Source: Mucilaginibacter sp. (lineage in GTDB: Bacteria > Bacteroidota > Bacteroidia > Sphingobacteriales > Sphingobacteriaceae). From it: a DNA stretch of 64,000 nucleotides. Below the pieces are notes generated by a model. That model ran no database searches. It was given only the letters and a program-made list of their open reading frames with translations, and had not been told where the DNA came from. The stretch spans positions 393 to 64,392 of the forward strand of contig NZ_JAQBOW010000005.1 of NCBI RefSeq assembly GCF_028287845.1. Direction: 5' to 3'. Positions 10,601 through 18,730 of the stretch are shown one piece after another; position 1 is the first letter of the stretch, and every line of letters starts with the position of its first letter. The position numbers were made by a program, and so were the translations under genes.

Positions 10601-10949
10601 AGTTTTGCGCGACACCTATAAAATTACCAACCAGCTTATATTGTAAATGGGTTTTTTCCTGCAACTCGGTTAAAACTTCGGAAAGGGGTTGTTTGGTAAT
10701 ATGCAGGGTAAGTGCCGGTAATTTATTAATTACCTGCGCATCGTAAACAAACGTTACATTCGCCTGTTGCTCAATACGTTTAAACACCTGTTTAACACTT
10801 GCATTTTCAACATTTAAATTCATTTCCTGGGCGCGCGTGCCCATTGCTGCCAACATTGCGGTACAACATACTTGAATTCCAATAATAATTGTAGTAATGC
10901 GCATGCATTTTCGAAGTATAGGCAATAATTTGCCGTAAAAATTCTTCAT
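7605..10949 (-). CDS. SusC/RagA TonB-dependent transporter with N-terminal STN signalling domain
   Basis: STN-like 'NVENASVKQVFKRIEQQAN', 'EVVVTALGIKKE..ALGYS', 'INPDDIESISVLKGAAASALYG..G..GVILITTK', C-terminal 'YGLNLNVKF'. Confidence 0.95.
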   Translation of the reverse strand: MKNFYGKLLPILRKCMRITTIIIGIQVCCTAMLAAMGTRAQEMNLNVENASVKQVFKRIEQQANVTFVYDAQVINKLPALTLHITKQPLSEVLTELQEKTHLQYKLVGNFIGVAQNSGSMPVLTLANPEVKSTIKISGAVRDASGQPIIGVTVLLKGTQTGTQTNENGQFTIDANIGDVLAFSYVGYITKEVIITSPAPMSILLDEDSKQLSEVVVTALGIKKERKALGYSITEIKGDELTQAREPNLMNSLEGKVAGLNVSGTAGGPGSSSNVIIRGVSSLTQTSQPLYVINGVPMENNPNSAMGTQYDNQPDLGDAIGNINPDDIESISVLKGAAASALYGYRGKAGVILITTKSGKGNSIEFNSNYVAESVINSTNWQYVYGQGANNIKPADVTTAFQSGQSSWGGRLDGTNVVQFDGVSRPYIAQRNNIKNFYRTGGTATNTIALNRSFDGGSIRFSASDLTNRAITPNSGLNRQTFNLTANYNITKQLTVDVRNNYILEQAHNRPFLSDGPGNSNFNVTLLPTSVDVNVLKKTINADGSEYSYSGNTFATNPWFAANNFINNTNRERLISSATLRYSFDNGYFIQARAGRDAYNDRYTAVVPTGTAYRPLGTLGETTTNFSDLNTDVLFGKTFKIQDFTLTPNIGGSYRRTKSESFLMGGNNFIVPGVYVISNIGQANPTTYTPSDLEVQSLYGTLELAYKNYLYLTGSARNDWYSTLATPGINNPLNKFYPSVNGSFVFTEFVHNDWLSFGKLRAGFAQVGQATNPYQTQLGYNFNSLLNGSPLGVIANVNIPNSSLVASLATELEIGTELRFFNDRLSLDVTWYNKNSKDEIVAAPASITSGYGGAILNIGKLQNRGVEVLISGRPLKSTSFYWTTSLNGSINNNKVIALAAGQTSLPGATSRTGNGFTQDIVGLPVNQVMAFDYKRDAGGNILKDANNVPVQGDLRAYGSAYAKWVAGWSNEFSYKKFTLSFLIDGKFGGKLFSATDYYGYFLGLHQATLVNRDALGTQAATYYQTLANNVSGLFVQDATFIKLRQATLGYSLPANLFHGAVKSASISLVARNLFYLLKRTDNIDPESDYSFNAQGLELGGVPATRTYGLNLNVKF

Positions 10950-11033
10950 ATTTGTAATGGTTTAAAATTAAATATTAAACTGAGCCTGTGCTGTTTATGG
11001 GTATCAAGCATGTTTACAGCCGGCTAATCTATT

Positions 11034-11060
11034 CCGGGGGCATTTATGTTCCCGGTTTTT
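11034..11060 (+). terminator. Intrinsic terminator oriented antisense to the PUL (fecR-susC gap)
   Basis: CCGGGGGCA-TTTA-TGTTCCCGG then TTTTT. Two G.U pairs form only on the + strand. Confidence 0.6.
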
Positions 11061-11088
11061 CTTTCTTAGCTACTAAGAAAGGAATGCC

Positions 11089-12075
11089 TTATTTAACAAC
11101 TACTGTACTGTCATTGGCCATTTTATAATTAAAGTGTTTAGTAAAACTTAATATTTCCATTATTGTATCGAGGCGCTGGTTGCCCAGTGTTATTGATATG
11201 TGCTCTTTTAAAAGGTCCTTATCCATTACCGTTATTTTGGTATTATACTTTTTTTCTATCGCTTTAAATACGTTGCCCAAATCTTCCTGGTCAAACACCA
11301 GCACGTTTTTACACCATAAGTTTACAACAGCTTCTCTTGTAACTGCCTTAACCACGCGTTTGGTAGCCGTACTTAAAACAACTTCCTCTTTAGCTATAAG
11401 CATAATAGCCGGTTTAGCGGGCTGGTTAGGTATTGTGATACCAACCTTACCGGTAACTACACTAACTTTAGTGGTGCCTTCGCGTTTATAAGCACGAACA
11501 TCAAAGGAGGTACCGAAAACTGTTACATTTAAATTATTGGTTTTAACCACAAACGGATGATTATCCATGTGCTTAATGTCAAAAAAGGCCCGGCCCTCTA
11601 CCAGTTCTACTTCACGGGTTTTGGCACTAAAAGTTTTGGGATATTTAAATACAGACCCCGCGTTCAGCCAAACTTTTGATCCATCCGCGAGTATGATCCG
11701 GATAACTTTGTTTGATGGTGCCTTAACAATTTGTTTTTCAACAGGCAATATTTGCTTATTATATAACTGTAAAGCAAAAAAGCCAATTAATAAAATTGCC
11801 GCTACGGAAGCTGCCGGCCATAAAAAGCGTCTTAAAGGATAATCCGCCTTCATTATTGGGGGCTGTGCTACTTTATCAAGCTGTATCCGTTGTTGCAGGT
11901 TTTTAAATATACGCTGCTTTACCTGCTCCTCAGTTTCGGGTACGCTGGTATCAACTATTTCCACCCAGCCCTTGCTGGCAGCGTCATACCATTGATGAAG
12001 CATTTCTTTTTCTGCTACGGATGCGGTACCTGCAAAATATTTTTTCGCCAGGCGCTTTAGTTGGTTTATGCTCAT
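11089..12075 (-). CDS. FecR-family anti-sigma factor
   Basis: TM segment then 'RIILADGSKVWLNAGS.FKYP..F....REVEL.EGRAFF', 'VFGTSFDVRAY', 'LVFDQEDL'. Confidence 0.93.
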   Translation of the reverse strand: MSINQLKRLAKKYFAGTASVAEKEMLHQWYDAASKGWVEIVDTSVPETEEQVKQRIFKNLQQRIQLDKVAQPPIMKADYPLRRFLWPAASVAAILLIGFFALQLYNKQILPVEKQIVKAPSNKVIRIILADGSKVWLNAGSVFKYPKTFSAKTREVELVEGRAFFDIKHMDNHPFVVKTNNLNVTVFGTSFDVRAYKREGTTKVSVVTGKVGITIPNQPAKPAIMLIAKEEVVLSTATKRVVKAVTREAVVNLWCKNVLVFDQEDLGNVFKAIEKKYNTKITVMDKDLLKEHISITLGNQRLDTIMEILSFTKHFNYKMANDSTVVVK

Positions 12076-12202
12076 TTCAAACTTTTATAACCTTATTTTA
12101 TATTATAGAGACAAGTCGGAGCAAAACACCCTCGGTACGAAATGCTTTTTTTTGAAATTAAAGGAATGGATTTAGGAAAAAGACGAAATTATAGGGAGGT
12201 AC

Positions 12203-12760
12203 CTAGAATAGCAAAGCCATGAAATTACCCATGCTGGTTCTAATTATTTTTAAGGCTTTTGTCAAATGCCCTTCCGCAGTTTTCCGCGACATATTTAATT
12301 GCACAGCGACATCAGCAAGCGATCTGTCCTGTAATTTATTATATTGAAATACCAGGCGGCATTTCTCGGGCAGTTTATTCGATAACAGGGTAATGATCTC
12401 CAGTAATATTTTGTTATCGACATTCATCTCGGACATAGCCGCTACCCCTAACAAACCGGCAATATTTTCTTGTTTTTTTATGTTTTTTTCTTTCGAGATC
12501 AAACGATAAACCGCATAACGGGTCATTGAGGCCAAATAAGCAGCTAAGGATTTAATGGCCAGGGTCTCTCTTTTTTTCCATAAAATAAAAAACACGTCCT
12601 GAACTATCTCTTCGGCCGCGTCTGTATCTTTTAATAATTTATAAGCTGTGTAATACAATTTATCCCAATACCGGTTATAAATCTCTGTAAAAGCCAATTC
12701 ATTTCCATCCCGCAGCAGCCCGGCCAATTGATCATCATCAAGTAAATGAATAGCGCTCAC
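12203..12760 (-). CDS. ECF sigma-70 factor
   Basis: 'AFTEIYNRYWDKLY', 'AEEIVQDVFFILW', 'LPEKCRLVF', 'A.QLNMSRKTAEGHLTKALK'; adjacent to FecR. Confidence 0.93.
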   Translation of the reverse strand: MSAIHLLDDDQLAGLLRDGNELAFTEIYNRYWDKLYYTAYKLLKDTDAAEEIVQDVFFILWKKRETLAIKSLAAYLASMTRYAVYRLISKEKNIKKQENIAGLLGVAAMSEMNVDNKILLEIITLLSNKLPEKCRLVFQYNKLQDRSLADVAVQLNMSRKTAEGHLTKALKIIRTSMGNFMALLF

Positions 12761-12954
12761 AAGTTGTTAATTTAAAACGAATATAACATAAAGTTAACGA
12801 ATACGCATCATCGCCCTGCAAACTACCGGTATAAAAAGCAACTCTTAAAATATCAGTAATCAGGTCCTTATCCCTTTTATGTTGCCATGCGAATGACAGC
12901 AGGCCTGGCCGGATAAACACCTGCTCATATACAACTTAGAAATAACTGTTTTGT

Positions 12955-14679
12955 TTATTGAACTATCGTGAAATTCTCAGATACATTCTTCATTTCCCGA
13001 ATATTTGATCGCTTAACATTTAAGCTACCATAGGCACCATTAGAGATGTATAGGCCATATCTGCCTTTTACACCAATTCCATAGTTTGAAATATTTATAT
13101 TTTGCAGGATAGTATTTGTTAACACACCGGTTTGCCCATCACCGTTTTTAGCAATTACACTTAATCCGTTCGACAGGCTGTTATCAATATTTAAGTTACG
13201 CATGTTAATACCTGCAATGCTACGCTTATCAATACATATCTCAACAGCGGCACGCCAATCCCATTCATGATCAAAGCCGCCGCTTGTTTTTATATCGCAG
13301 TTTTCAACAACCGTAGTACCGCTGAAATTATTATTGATGCGTTTGTCTTTACTTTCGGTTGGAAAGGTGGTGCTGATCAAAATAGCCGACCCCGGCGAAA
13401 TATCAACAAATGAACAATTACTTATTTTATTGCTTTCGCCCCCGTAAATAGCTGCCCCATTGGCCAAAAATGGCAATTGAGCGGTACAATTGATTATCAG
13501 ATTTTGCCCCGGCGAAAATTTTTGTACCTTAAACGTAGCGGGCCAAATGGCAAAGCAATCATCTCCTGTACCGCGCGCGGTGCAGTTTCTTATAGTAGAT
13601 TGGCTCATACCAACACAAAAATTTATACCATCGGCCATTGTATTCCGCATACGGCAATCGGTAATTTTTAAGTTTTGTGAATTTTCTACCCACATTCCTA
13701 CTTTCGTATGTTCGATCCAAATCCGTGAAATAGTGGAGTTTGTTCCATAAGATCCCACAATACCATCATTGGGTTCATTGTCTTTTCTATAATTCAGTTT
13801 TCCAACAATAGCAAAATCAGCAAGATGGATGTTACTGCCATCGCCTGTTAATCTTACCCGCCTGTTCATATTGGTATAAAGTGTTTCATCACCTGCCAGT
13901 ATGGAGTACCACATGCCTGCGCCCTGAATGGTTAAATTTGCCGGTACAATGATGTCACCAGTAATTTTAAACGTTCCGGCAGGGATCCAGACACTCTTGC
14001 CGGTTTCTATAGCCTTAGCTATGCAGTCTTTAAGCGCTTGCGTATAGTCCGTTGTAAGGCCACTTTCTGTAAAGGCTTTGTCAGTAATTGACAGGGAATT
14101 AACGGGCGCCTTTAATGGTGGTGCAATATCTTCAAGATCAACCAAATCAATTATGCTGTAACCAGCATCGTCGCCTTCCTGATCTTCGCGTTTTATGCTG
14201 ATCAGGTCGCCTTTGCGAACTTTCAAATCCTTTATTCGTACTTCGTCATAAAAGTGCCTGGGCACCCCTGCATCCGGGCTATTTGTAAACGGATATTTTC
14301 CATATAGCCAAGCATAATTCGATCTGATTTTACAATTCTTAATAAGTTTTCCATTAACGTATAGGCAAAGTGTGGAATTTGTACCGTTTCCATTCTTACT
14401 ATCGGGAAGACTGAAACGTATTACCATACTGTTAGCATTTGTATTGGATGTAAATACAATAGATTGTCCTTTTTCGCTCAGTTTTACACATTTTTGTCCT
14501 GACGATTCTGTTTCAACCTGGTATGGACCGTATTTGGGCCCCATGACAGTTCCGGTTGTTTTCATATCTTCTGCCTCGTATGTTGTCCAGGGAATAGTAG
14601 CACCACGGTTTTCCTGCGCCGGGCTAATAAATGTTTTAAAAACCAAAATAATGATGATGCAATTAAATTTGATACTCAT
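12955..14679 (-). CDS. GH87-like alpha-1,3-glucanase/mycodextranase (beta-helix)
   Basis: 'GATIPWTTYEAED', 'ANSMVIRFSLPD', 'NYAWLYG', 'PRHFYDE', 'WIEHTKVGMW', 'CRMRNTMADGINF', 'ARGTGDDCFAIW' match GH87 catalytic modules as I recall them. Signal-peptide start likely at 14679. Confidence 0.75.
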   Translation of the reverse strand: MSIKFNCIIIILVFKTFISPAQENRGATIPWTTYEAEDMKTTGTVMGPKYGPYQVETESSGQKCVKLSEKGQSIVFTSNTNANSMVIRFSLPDSKNGNGTNSTLCLYVNGKLIKNCKIRSNYAWLYGKYPFTNSPDAGVPRHFYDEVRIKDLKVRKGDLISIKREDQEGDDAGYSIIDLVDLEDIAPPLKAPVNSLSITDKAFTESGLTTDYTQALKDCIAKAIETGKSVWIPAGTFKITGDIIVPANLTIQGAGMWYSILAGDETLYTNMNRRVRLTGDGSNIHLADFAIVGKLNYRKDNEPNDGIVGSYGTNSTISRIWIEHTKVGMWVENSQNLKITDCRMRNTMADGINFCVGMSQSTIRNCTARGTGDDCFAIWPATFKVQKFSPGQNLIINCTAQLPFLANGAAIYGGESNKISNCSFVDISPGSAILISTTFPTESKDKRINNNFSGTTVVENCDIKTSGGFDHEWDWRAAVEICIDKRSIAGINMRNLNIDNSLSNGLSVIAKNGDGQTGVLTNTILQNINISNYGIGVKGRYGLYISNGAYGSLNVKRSNIREMKNVSENFTIVQ

Positions 14680-15073
14680 AATTTTATTTTTTAAGTGGTG
14701 GGTTATATACCGTTTCGCTGTAATTAAATCTAAAAAACACGCATAAAAATTGATCAGATTTTTTGATCCGATTTCATGGTTTATAATTGACAATTACATT
14801 GTGGTGTGGGCCATTAAACGACCTATCAAAGAAAAGGGATAAATAAGGTAACTGCTAATTCCAAAGTCAAAATATAAATGGAAACGCAGCGCTGTTTACT
14901 GTAACTATTTATAAAACATGAGTTTATATTTAATTGAATGTTGACATAATATAAACCAAGTATAACTGGAAGTAAAAAATTAAAGCTATGGAGCCCCTTT
15001 TATAAACGGGCTGAATCAAAATTGATCAGCGATTTTTTTTAAAAATCATGTATCTGATCTTTTCCCGTTAAAT

Positions 15074-15856
15074 TCAATTAAATATTTTTTGAGCGAAAAT
15101 ATTCAGCACTTCCACAAGGATCAGGATAATGATCACTAATTCGAGCCTGTAGCTGTTTCGATATTGCAACAGGTCCTTAAAAAGTTCGTAGTTATCTTTA
15201 ATAATATTTAACCCTTCCTGTATATTCCTAAACCTTTCCTTCAAGTCAAAGGTCCGTTTAAGATCGTTGTGGATTTTATTTAGATTTTCATCTTCCCATG
15301 TTTCGGGAGGAGAATCAAAAATATAGAGGTTTTCAGCTATTCGGTTTTTTAATACCAGTGTTCTGCCTATATATTTTTTTAGGTTTATACCTGATAGATC
15401 AAGTCGACCCCTGGTTTCCAGTATCTGGGTATGATAATTTGTTTCCTCCATCAGTTTAGTCGTTTGCTCATGATAATAATCAAGTGCGACTGATTGTGAA
15501 ACATTCAGCATTATTAAACGCAACACTTCAATATCTTCTCCTATGATCTCTATTGAATTGAAACCTATTTTGTTTTTAACCGAGTTCGTTTGTATCTTAA
15601 ATTCCTCTTCAAAACTTTGGTCAAATTTGTTTTTGCAATAAGAGGATATTAACCTTAAAAATTCAGATATCTTGACCGCATCATAGTTTAAAAAACAAAC
15701 AACCCCGTATTTAAAAACATAAATATATTGGCCTTCATCTATTATATAAAATAATTCATCAGTATCGCTAAAATACAAATCAGACTTAAAGGCAGATTTG
15801 AACATTTTTATATCAATACTGTCAGCTATCTGATATGATAAAACCTGTTGTAACAT
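15074..15856 (-). CDS. RMD1/YagE (DUF155) family protein
   Basis: 'YQIADSIDIK', 'YIYVFKYGVVCFLN', 'SQSVALDYY', 'PPETWEDENL', 'LELVIIILILVEV'. Confidence 0.85.
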   Translation of the reverse strand: MLQQVLSYQIADSIDIKMFKSAFKSDLYFSDTDELFYIIDEGQYIYVFKYGVVCFLNYDAVKISEFLRLISSYCKNKFDQSFEEEFKIQTNSVKNKIGFNSIEIIGEDIEVLRLIMLNVSQSVALDYYHEQTTKLMEETNYHTQILETRGRLDLSGINLKKYIGRTLVLKNRIAENLYIFDSPPETWEDENLNKIHNDLKRTFDLKERFRNIQEGLNIIKDNYELFKDLLQYRNSYRLELVIIILILVEVLNIFAQKIFN

Positions 15857-16011
15857 ATATTTGTTATTCTTAACTCATTAAACTTACCGCTTATAAATTA
15901 ATAGCATTGAATAGTAAATGGAAAGGGTATATAAACATTTTTATATTAAAACTACGCAAATACTTTATGACACAATGTATAGCGGTTTTTATCAAATATC
16001 GTTATTAAATT

Positions 16012-16045
16012 AAAAAACCTCTCCAAATTTCTTTGAAGAGGTTTT
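16012..16045 (-). terminator. Intrinsic terminator
   Basis: Minus strand AAAACCTCTTCAAA-GAAA-TTTGGAGAGGTTTT followed by further T; the T.G wobble is valid on the minus strand. Confidence 0.7.
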
Positions 16046-16166
16046 CCGATAGCTCACTGTGGTGATTTACCCGCCGCATCGGTTATTTTTATTTTCAGGT
16101 ATTGCTACCGGTAAATGTTACGCCTGATAACGACCAGGTATTGCTGCCCACCGAGTGAGTGGTCGT
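16046..16166 (-). ncRNA. Candidate structured intergenic RNA of unknown class
   Basis: Three consecutive closed stems. Two carry an identical AGCAATACCTG (plus-strand 16096-16106 and 16135-16145). Directly followed by a terminator. Confidence 0.35.
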
Positions 16167-16205
16167 CTTTTTATTTGATTTATTCGGATAGTGATGAGAT
16201 CTCAC

Positions 16206-18632
16206 TTAATCCTTGTCAGTTTTTGTTTCTTTAAAAAATGCAGCTCTGGTTGGGCTGGGTAACTGTGAATTTTCACCCTTAACAGCTTTCCAGATAATTT
16301 CGTTTAATACTTGATCCGGCGCAAGATCTTCCTTCGAAAAATCAAGCTTGTTCGATATCGCGCTGAATTTATTTTGTACCACATTTTTGTCATTCAGATT
16401 TACCTTATTTGGTCTCACAATAAAAGTACTGCTCTCTGCCTTATTGGTAAAACAGCGCCACATAGGCGTTGCGGCGGCATCATACTGGGTTAAGGGTGGC
16501 ATACCTAAAATAAGTTCAATAGTGCGCAGCACTGATGAAGTTGAATACATCGTATGGTCAACAAACCCCCTTTTTACAAACCCACCGGCAACAAACGCAG
16601 GGCTACGGTGAGCGTCAACATGATCCGGGCCATTTTGAGCATCATCTTCAACAATAAATACAGCGCTTTCGTTCCAGATAGGGCTTTTGCTTAAATGATT
16701 TAAAAACATACCAACAGCCAGGTCATTATCTGCAACGTGAGCAAAAGGAGTAGGCCTGCCCGTAGCGGTCCCTTCTGTATGATTGTTGCTTAATCTGATA
16801 GTATTTAAATGAGGCACAGCGTGTGCAACAATCAATGAATCAAACTCTTTCATCCAGAAATTTATCCTTGTTGTATCTCTCACACGAAAATTAAGAGTGG
16901 GGTAATAGGTACAGAAATGGTTTTTTAACACGGGTATGTTAGCTTTGCCATTATTGGCAAATTCTCCGTAGGTTCTGTAACTCACTCCCGATCTGCTGGC
17001 TTGATCCCAGATATAGCCGTCTTTGTTGTTTGCGGTAGCATTATATCCAGAAGATGCCTCAGTTCCGCCTCTCCTGCCGTACATGGTGGGCCAGGTTTTT
17101 TCCAAAAAATCTGTTGCATAAGCACCCATGCTCCAGTTATGCCCGTCAGAACTAACCTCTCCATCCACATAAAAATTATCCAGCGTAACAAATTCGTGGG
17201 CTAAAGCATGTTGATTAGGAGTTACTTTCTCACCAAATAATACCAGGCTGGTATCTCCGTTGGCTTCCTTAACATCGCCTAAAACCTGGTCATAAGTGCG
17301 GTTTTCCTTTATAATATAGAATACATATTTAATAGGTGAAGGCGCACCAACCTTATTAGGTATTGGATTTCCTGCTTCTTCGCCTGATACCACAAGCTCT
17401 TTTGCTTTGCTATAAGGAGTATTATGATATACAGCCTGCGAATAAATTGATAATAATTGCGTTGACGGAACATCAATAATACTTAATGTGCCCTTAAATA
17501 AACCGCCTATATATTGTACGGGAACCGGACTCTCTGTCGCTCTATGTAATACCACGGTTTGCTTTTTGCTGGCAGGATTAGGGCCATGTGGATTAGCCAT
17601 TGAAGAAAACCCTTTCCCATTTGATACATAAATTTTCTTATTAATTACCCTAACACAAGTAGGATACCAACCTGTAGGAATAAAACCCATAGACTTACTG
17701 AAACCGGGTTTGCTAACATCAAATACGGCCAGGCAATTATTATCAGCATTAGCAATATATAGTTGTTTTTCGTTTGATGATAAGGCTAAACCATTAGTTG
17801 TTGACCCGCTAAGCACACTTGAATATAAAGCCGCGTTTAATGTTTCCAGTACCTTTCTTTTTTTTATGTCAATTACAGAAACCGTATTATCATTAGCGTT
17901 GGCTACAAACAAGTATTTTCCGTTATGGGTAAGACAAATATCATTGGGGTTATCTCCTACCTTAACACTATCAATAAATTTGTTTTTATTAGTATCGTAA
18001 ATTAATATTTTATCACCTCCCCAAACGCTTACATACAGCTCATTTCTATCAGGCGAAAGCATACAGGTATACCCTTCAGCTCCTAATGGCAATTGCTGCA
18101 GAACTTTTTTGGTTTGCAGATCAATAACATATAGCGAATTGTTTTCCTTGGTTACTACATATAATATTTGCCTGCTATCATCAAGTTCAATTCCTGTCGG
18201 CGAAATTTTATTGGGCCAGGGGATTCCTAATTTAATCGTATCTGCCGTAACCAGCTTATTGTTTTGTATAGTGTATTTTAAGATCCAGTTGTCGTTCCCG
18301 CCTGATGCATAAAGGCTTTTTTCGTCAGCGCTGAATACTATCCCGCCCCATGATTTGGGGATAGTAACTTCATCTGCAAGCTTTCCCGAAGCAACATCTA
18401 TTAATTGGATAGACTGTTCACTTTGCCCGTTATTGGTTACAGCCATATATTTTTTCTGCTTGCTGACAGCAATATTTAAAGGCAGATCGCCCAGGGGTAA
18501 GCTTTCGCCAACTTTTGTTATGCCCCATCCATTTGGCAACATGATTCTTTGCTTCTCTATGTCAGCTAAGCTTTGCGCGCCTGCTTTGAACGAAACAAGC
18601 ATTGCAAATGCAATAAAAAGTTTTTTTTTCAT
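16206..18632 (-). CDS. Exported YVTN/YncE beta-propeller + alkaline-phosphatase-superfamily phosphoesterase
   Basis: Repeats 'VKVGDNPNDICLT..GKYLFVANANDNTVSVID', 'GFIPTGWYP'; catalytic part 'KYVFYIIKENRTYDQVLGD', 'DNFYVDGEVSSDGHNW', 'VEDDAQNGPDHVDAHRS'. Confidence 0.88.
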   Translation of the reverse strand: MKKKLFIAFAMLVSFKAGAQSLADIEKQRIMLPNGWGITKVGESLPLGDLPLNIAVSKQKKYMAVTNNGQSEQSIQLIDVASGKLADEVTIPKSWGGIVFSADEKSLYASGGNDNWILKYTIQNNKLVTADTIKLGIPWPNKISPTGIELDDSRQILYVVTKENNSLYVIDLQTKKVLQQLPLGAEGYTCMLSPDRNELYVSVWGGDKILIYDTNKNKFIDSVKVGDNPNDICLTHNGKYLFVANANDNTVSVIDIKKRKVLETLNAALYSSVLSGSTTNGLALSSNEKQLYIANADNNCLAVFDVSKPGFSKSMGFIPTGWYPTCVRVINKKIYVSNGKGFSSMANPHGPNPASKKQTVVLHRATESPVPVQYIGGLFKGTLSIIDVPSTQLLSIYSQAVYHNTPYSKAKELVVSGEEAGNPIPNKVGAPSPIKYVFYIIKENRTYDQVLGDVKEANGDTSLVLFGEKVTPNQHALAHEFVTLDNFYVDGEVSSDGHNWSMGAYATDFLEKTWPTMYGRRGGTEASSGYNATANNKDGYIWDQASRSGVSYRTYGEFANNGKANIPVLKNHFCTYYPTLNFRVRDTTRINFWMKEFDSLIVAHAVPHLNTIRLSNNHTEGTATGRPTPFAHVADNDLAVGMFLNHLSKSPIWNESAVFIVEDDAQNGPDHVDAHRSPAFVAGGFVKRGFVDHTMYSTSSVLRTIELILGMPPLTQYDAAATPMWRCFTNKAESSTFIVRPNKVNLNDKNVVQNKFSAISNKLDFSKEDLAPDQVLNEIIWKAVKGENSQLPSPTRAAFFKETKTDKD

Positions 18633-18730
18633 GGTAGTATTAAGTTAATTTATTTGAGTTTCAACAAATGCATCACACGAAAACACGTATGATGCATATT
18701 GCTTAAGAGATTTTTAAATTGCAATTGAGT

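Noticed and set aside
16055-16090. SAM-II-like 'GTGGTGATTT' on the + strand
   Set aside because: The complementary CCAC strand and the downstream AAAU...GCUAAA elements are missing, and there is no Met/SAM gene downstream.
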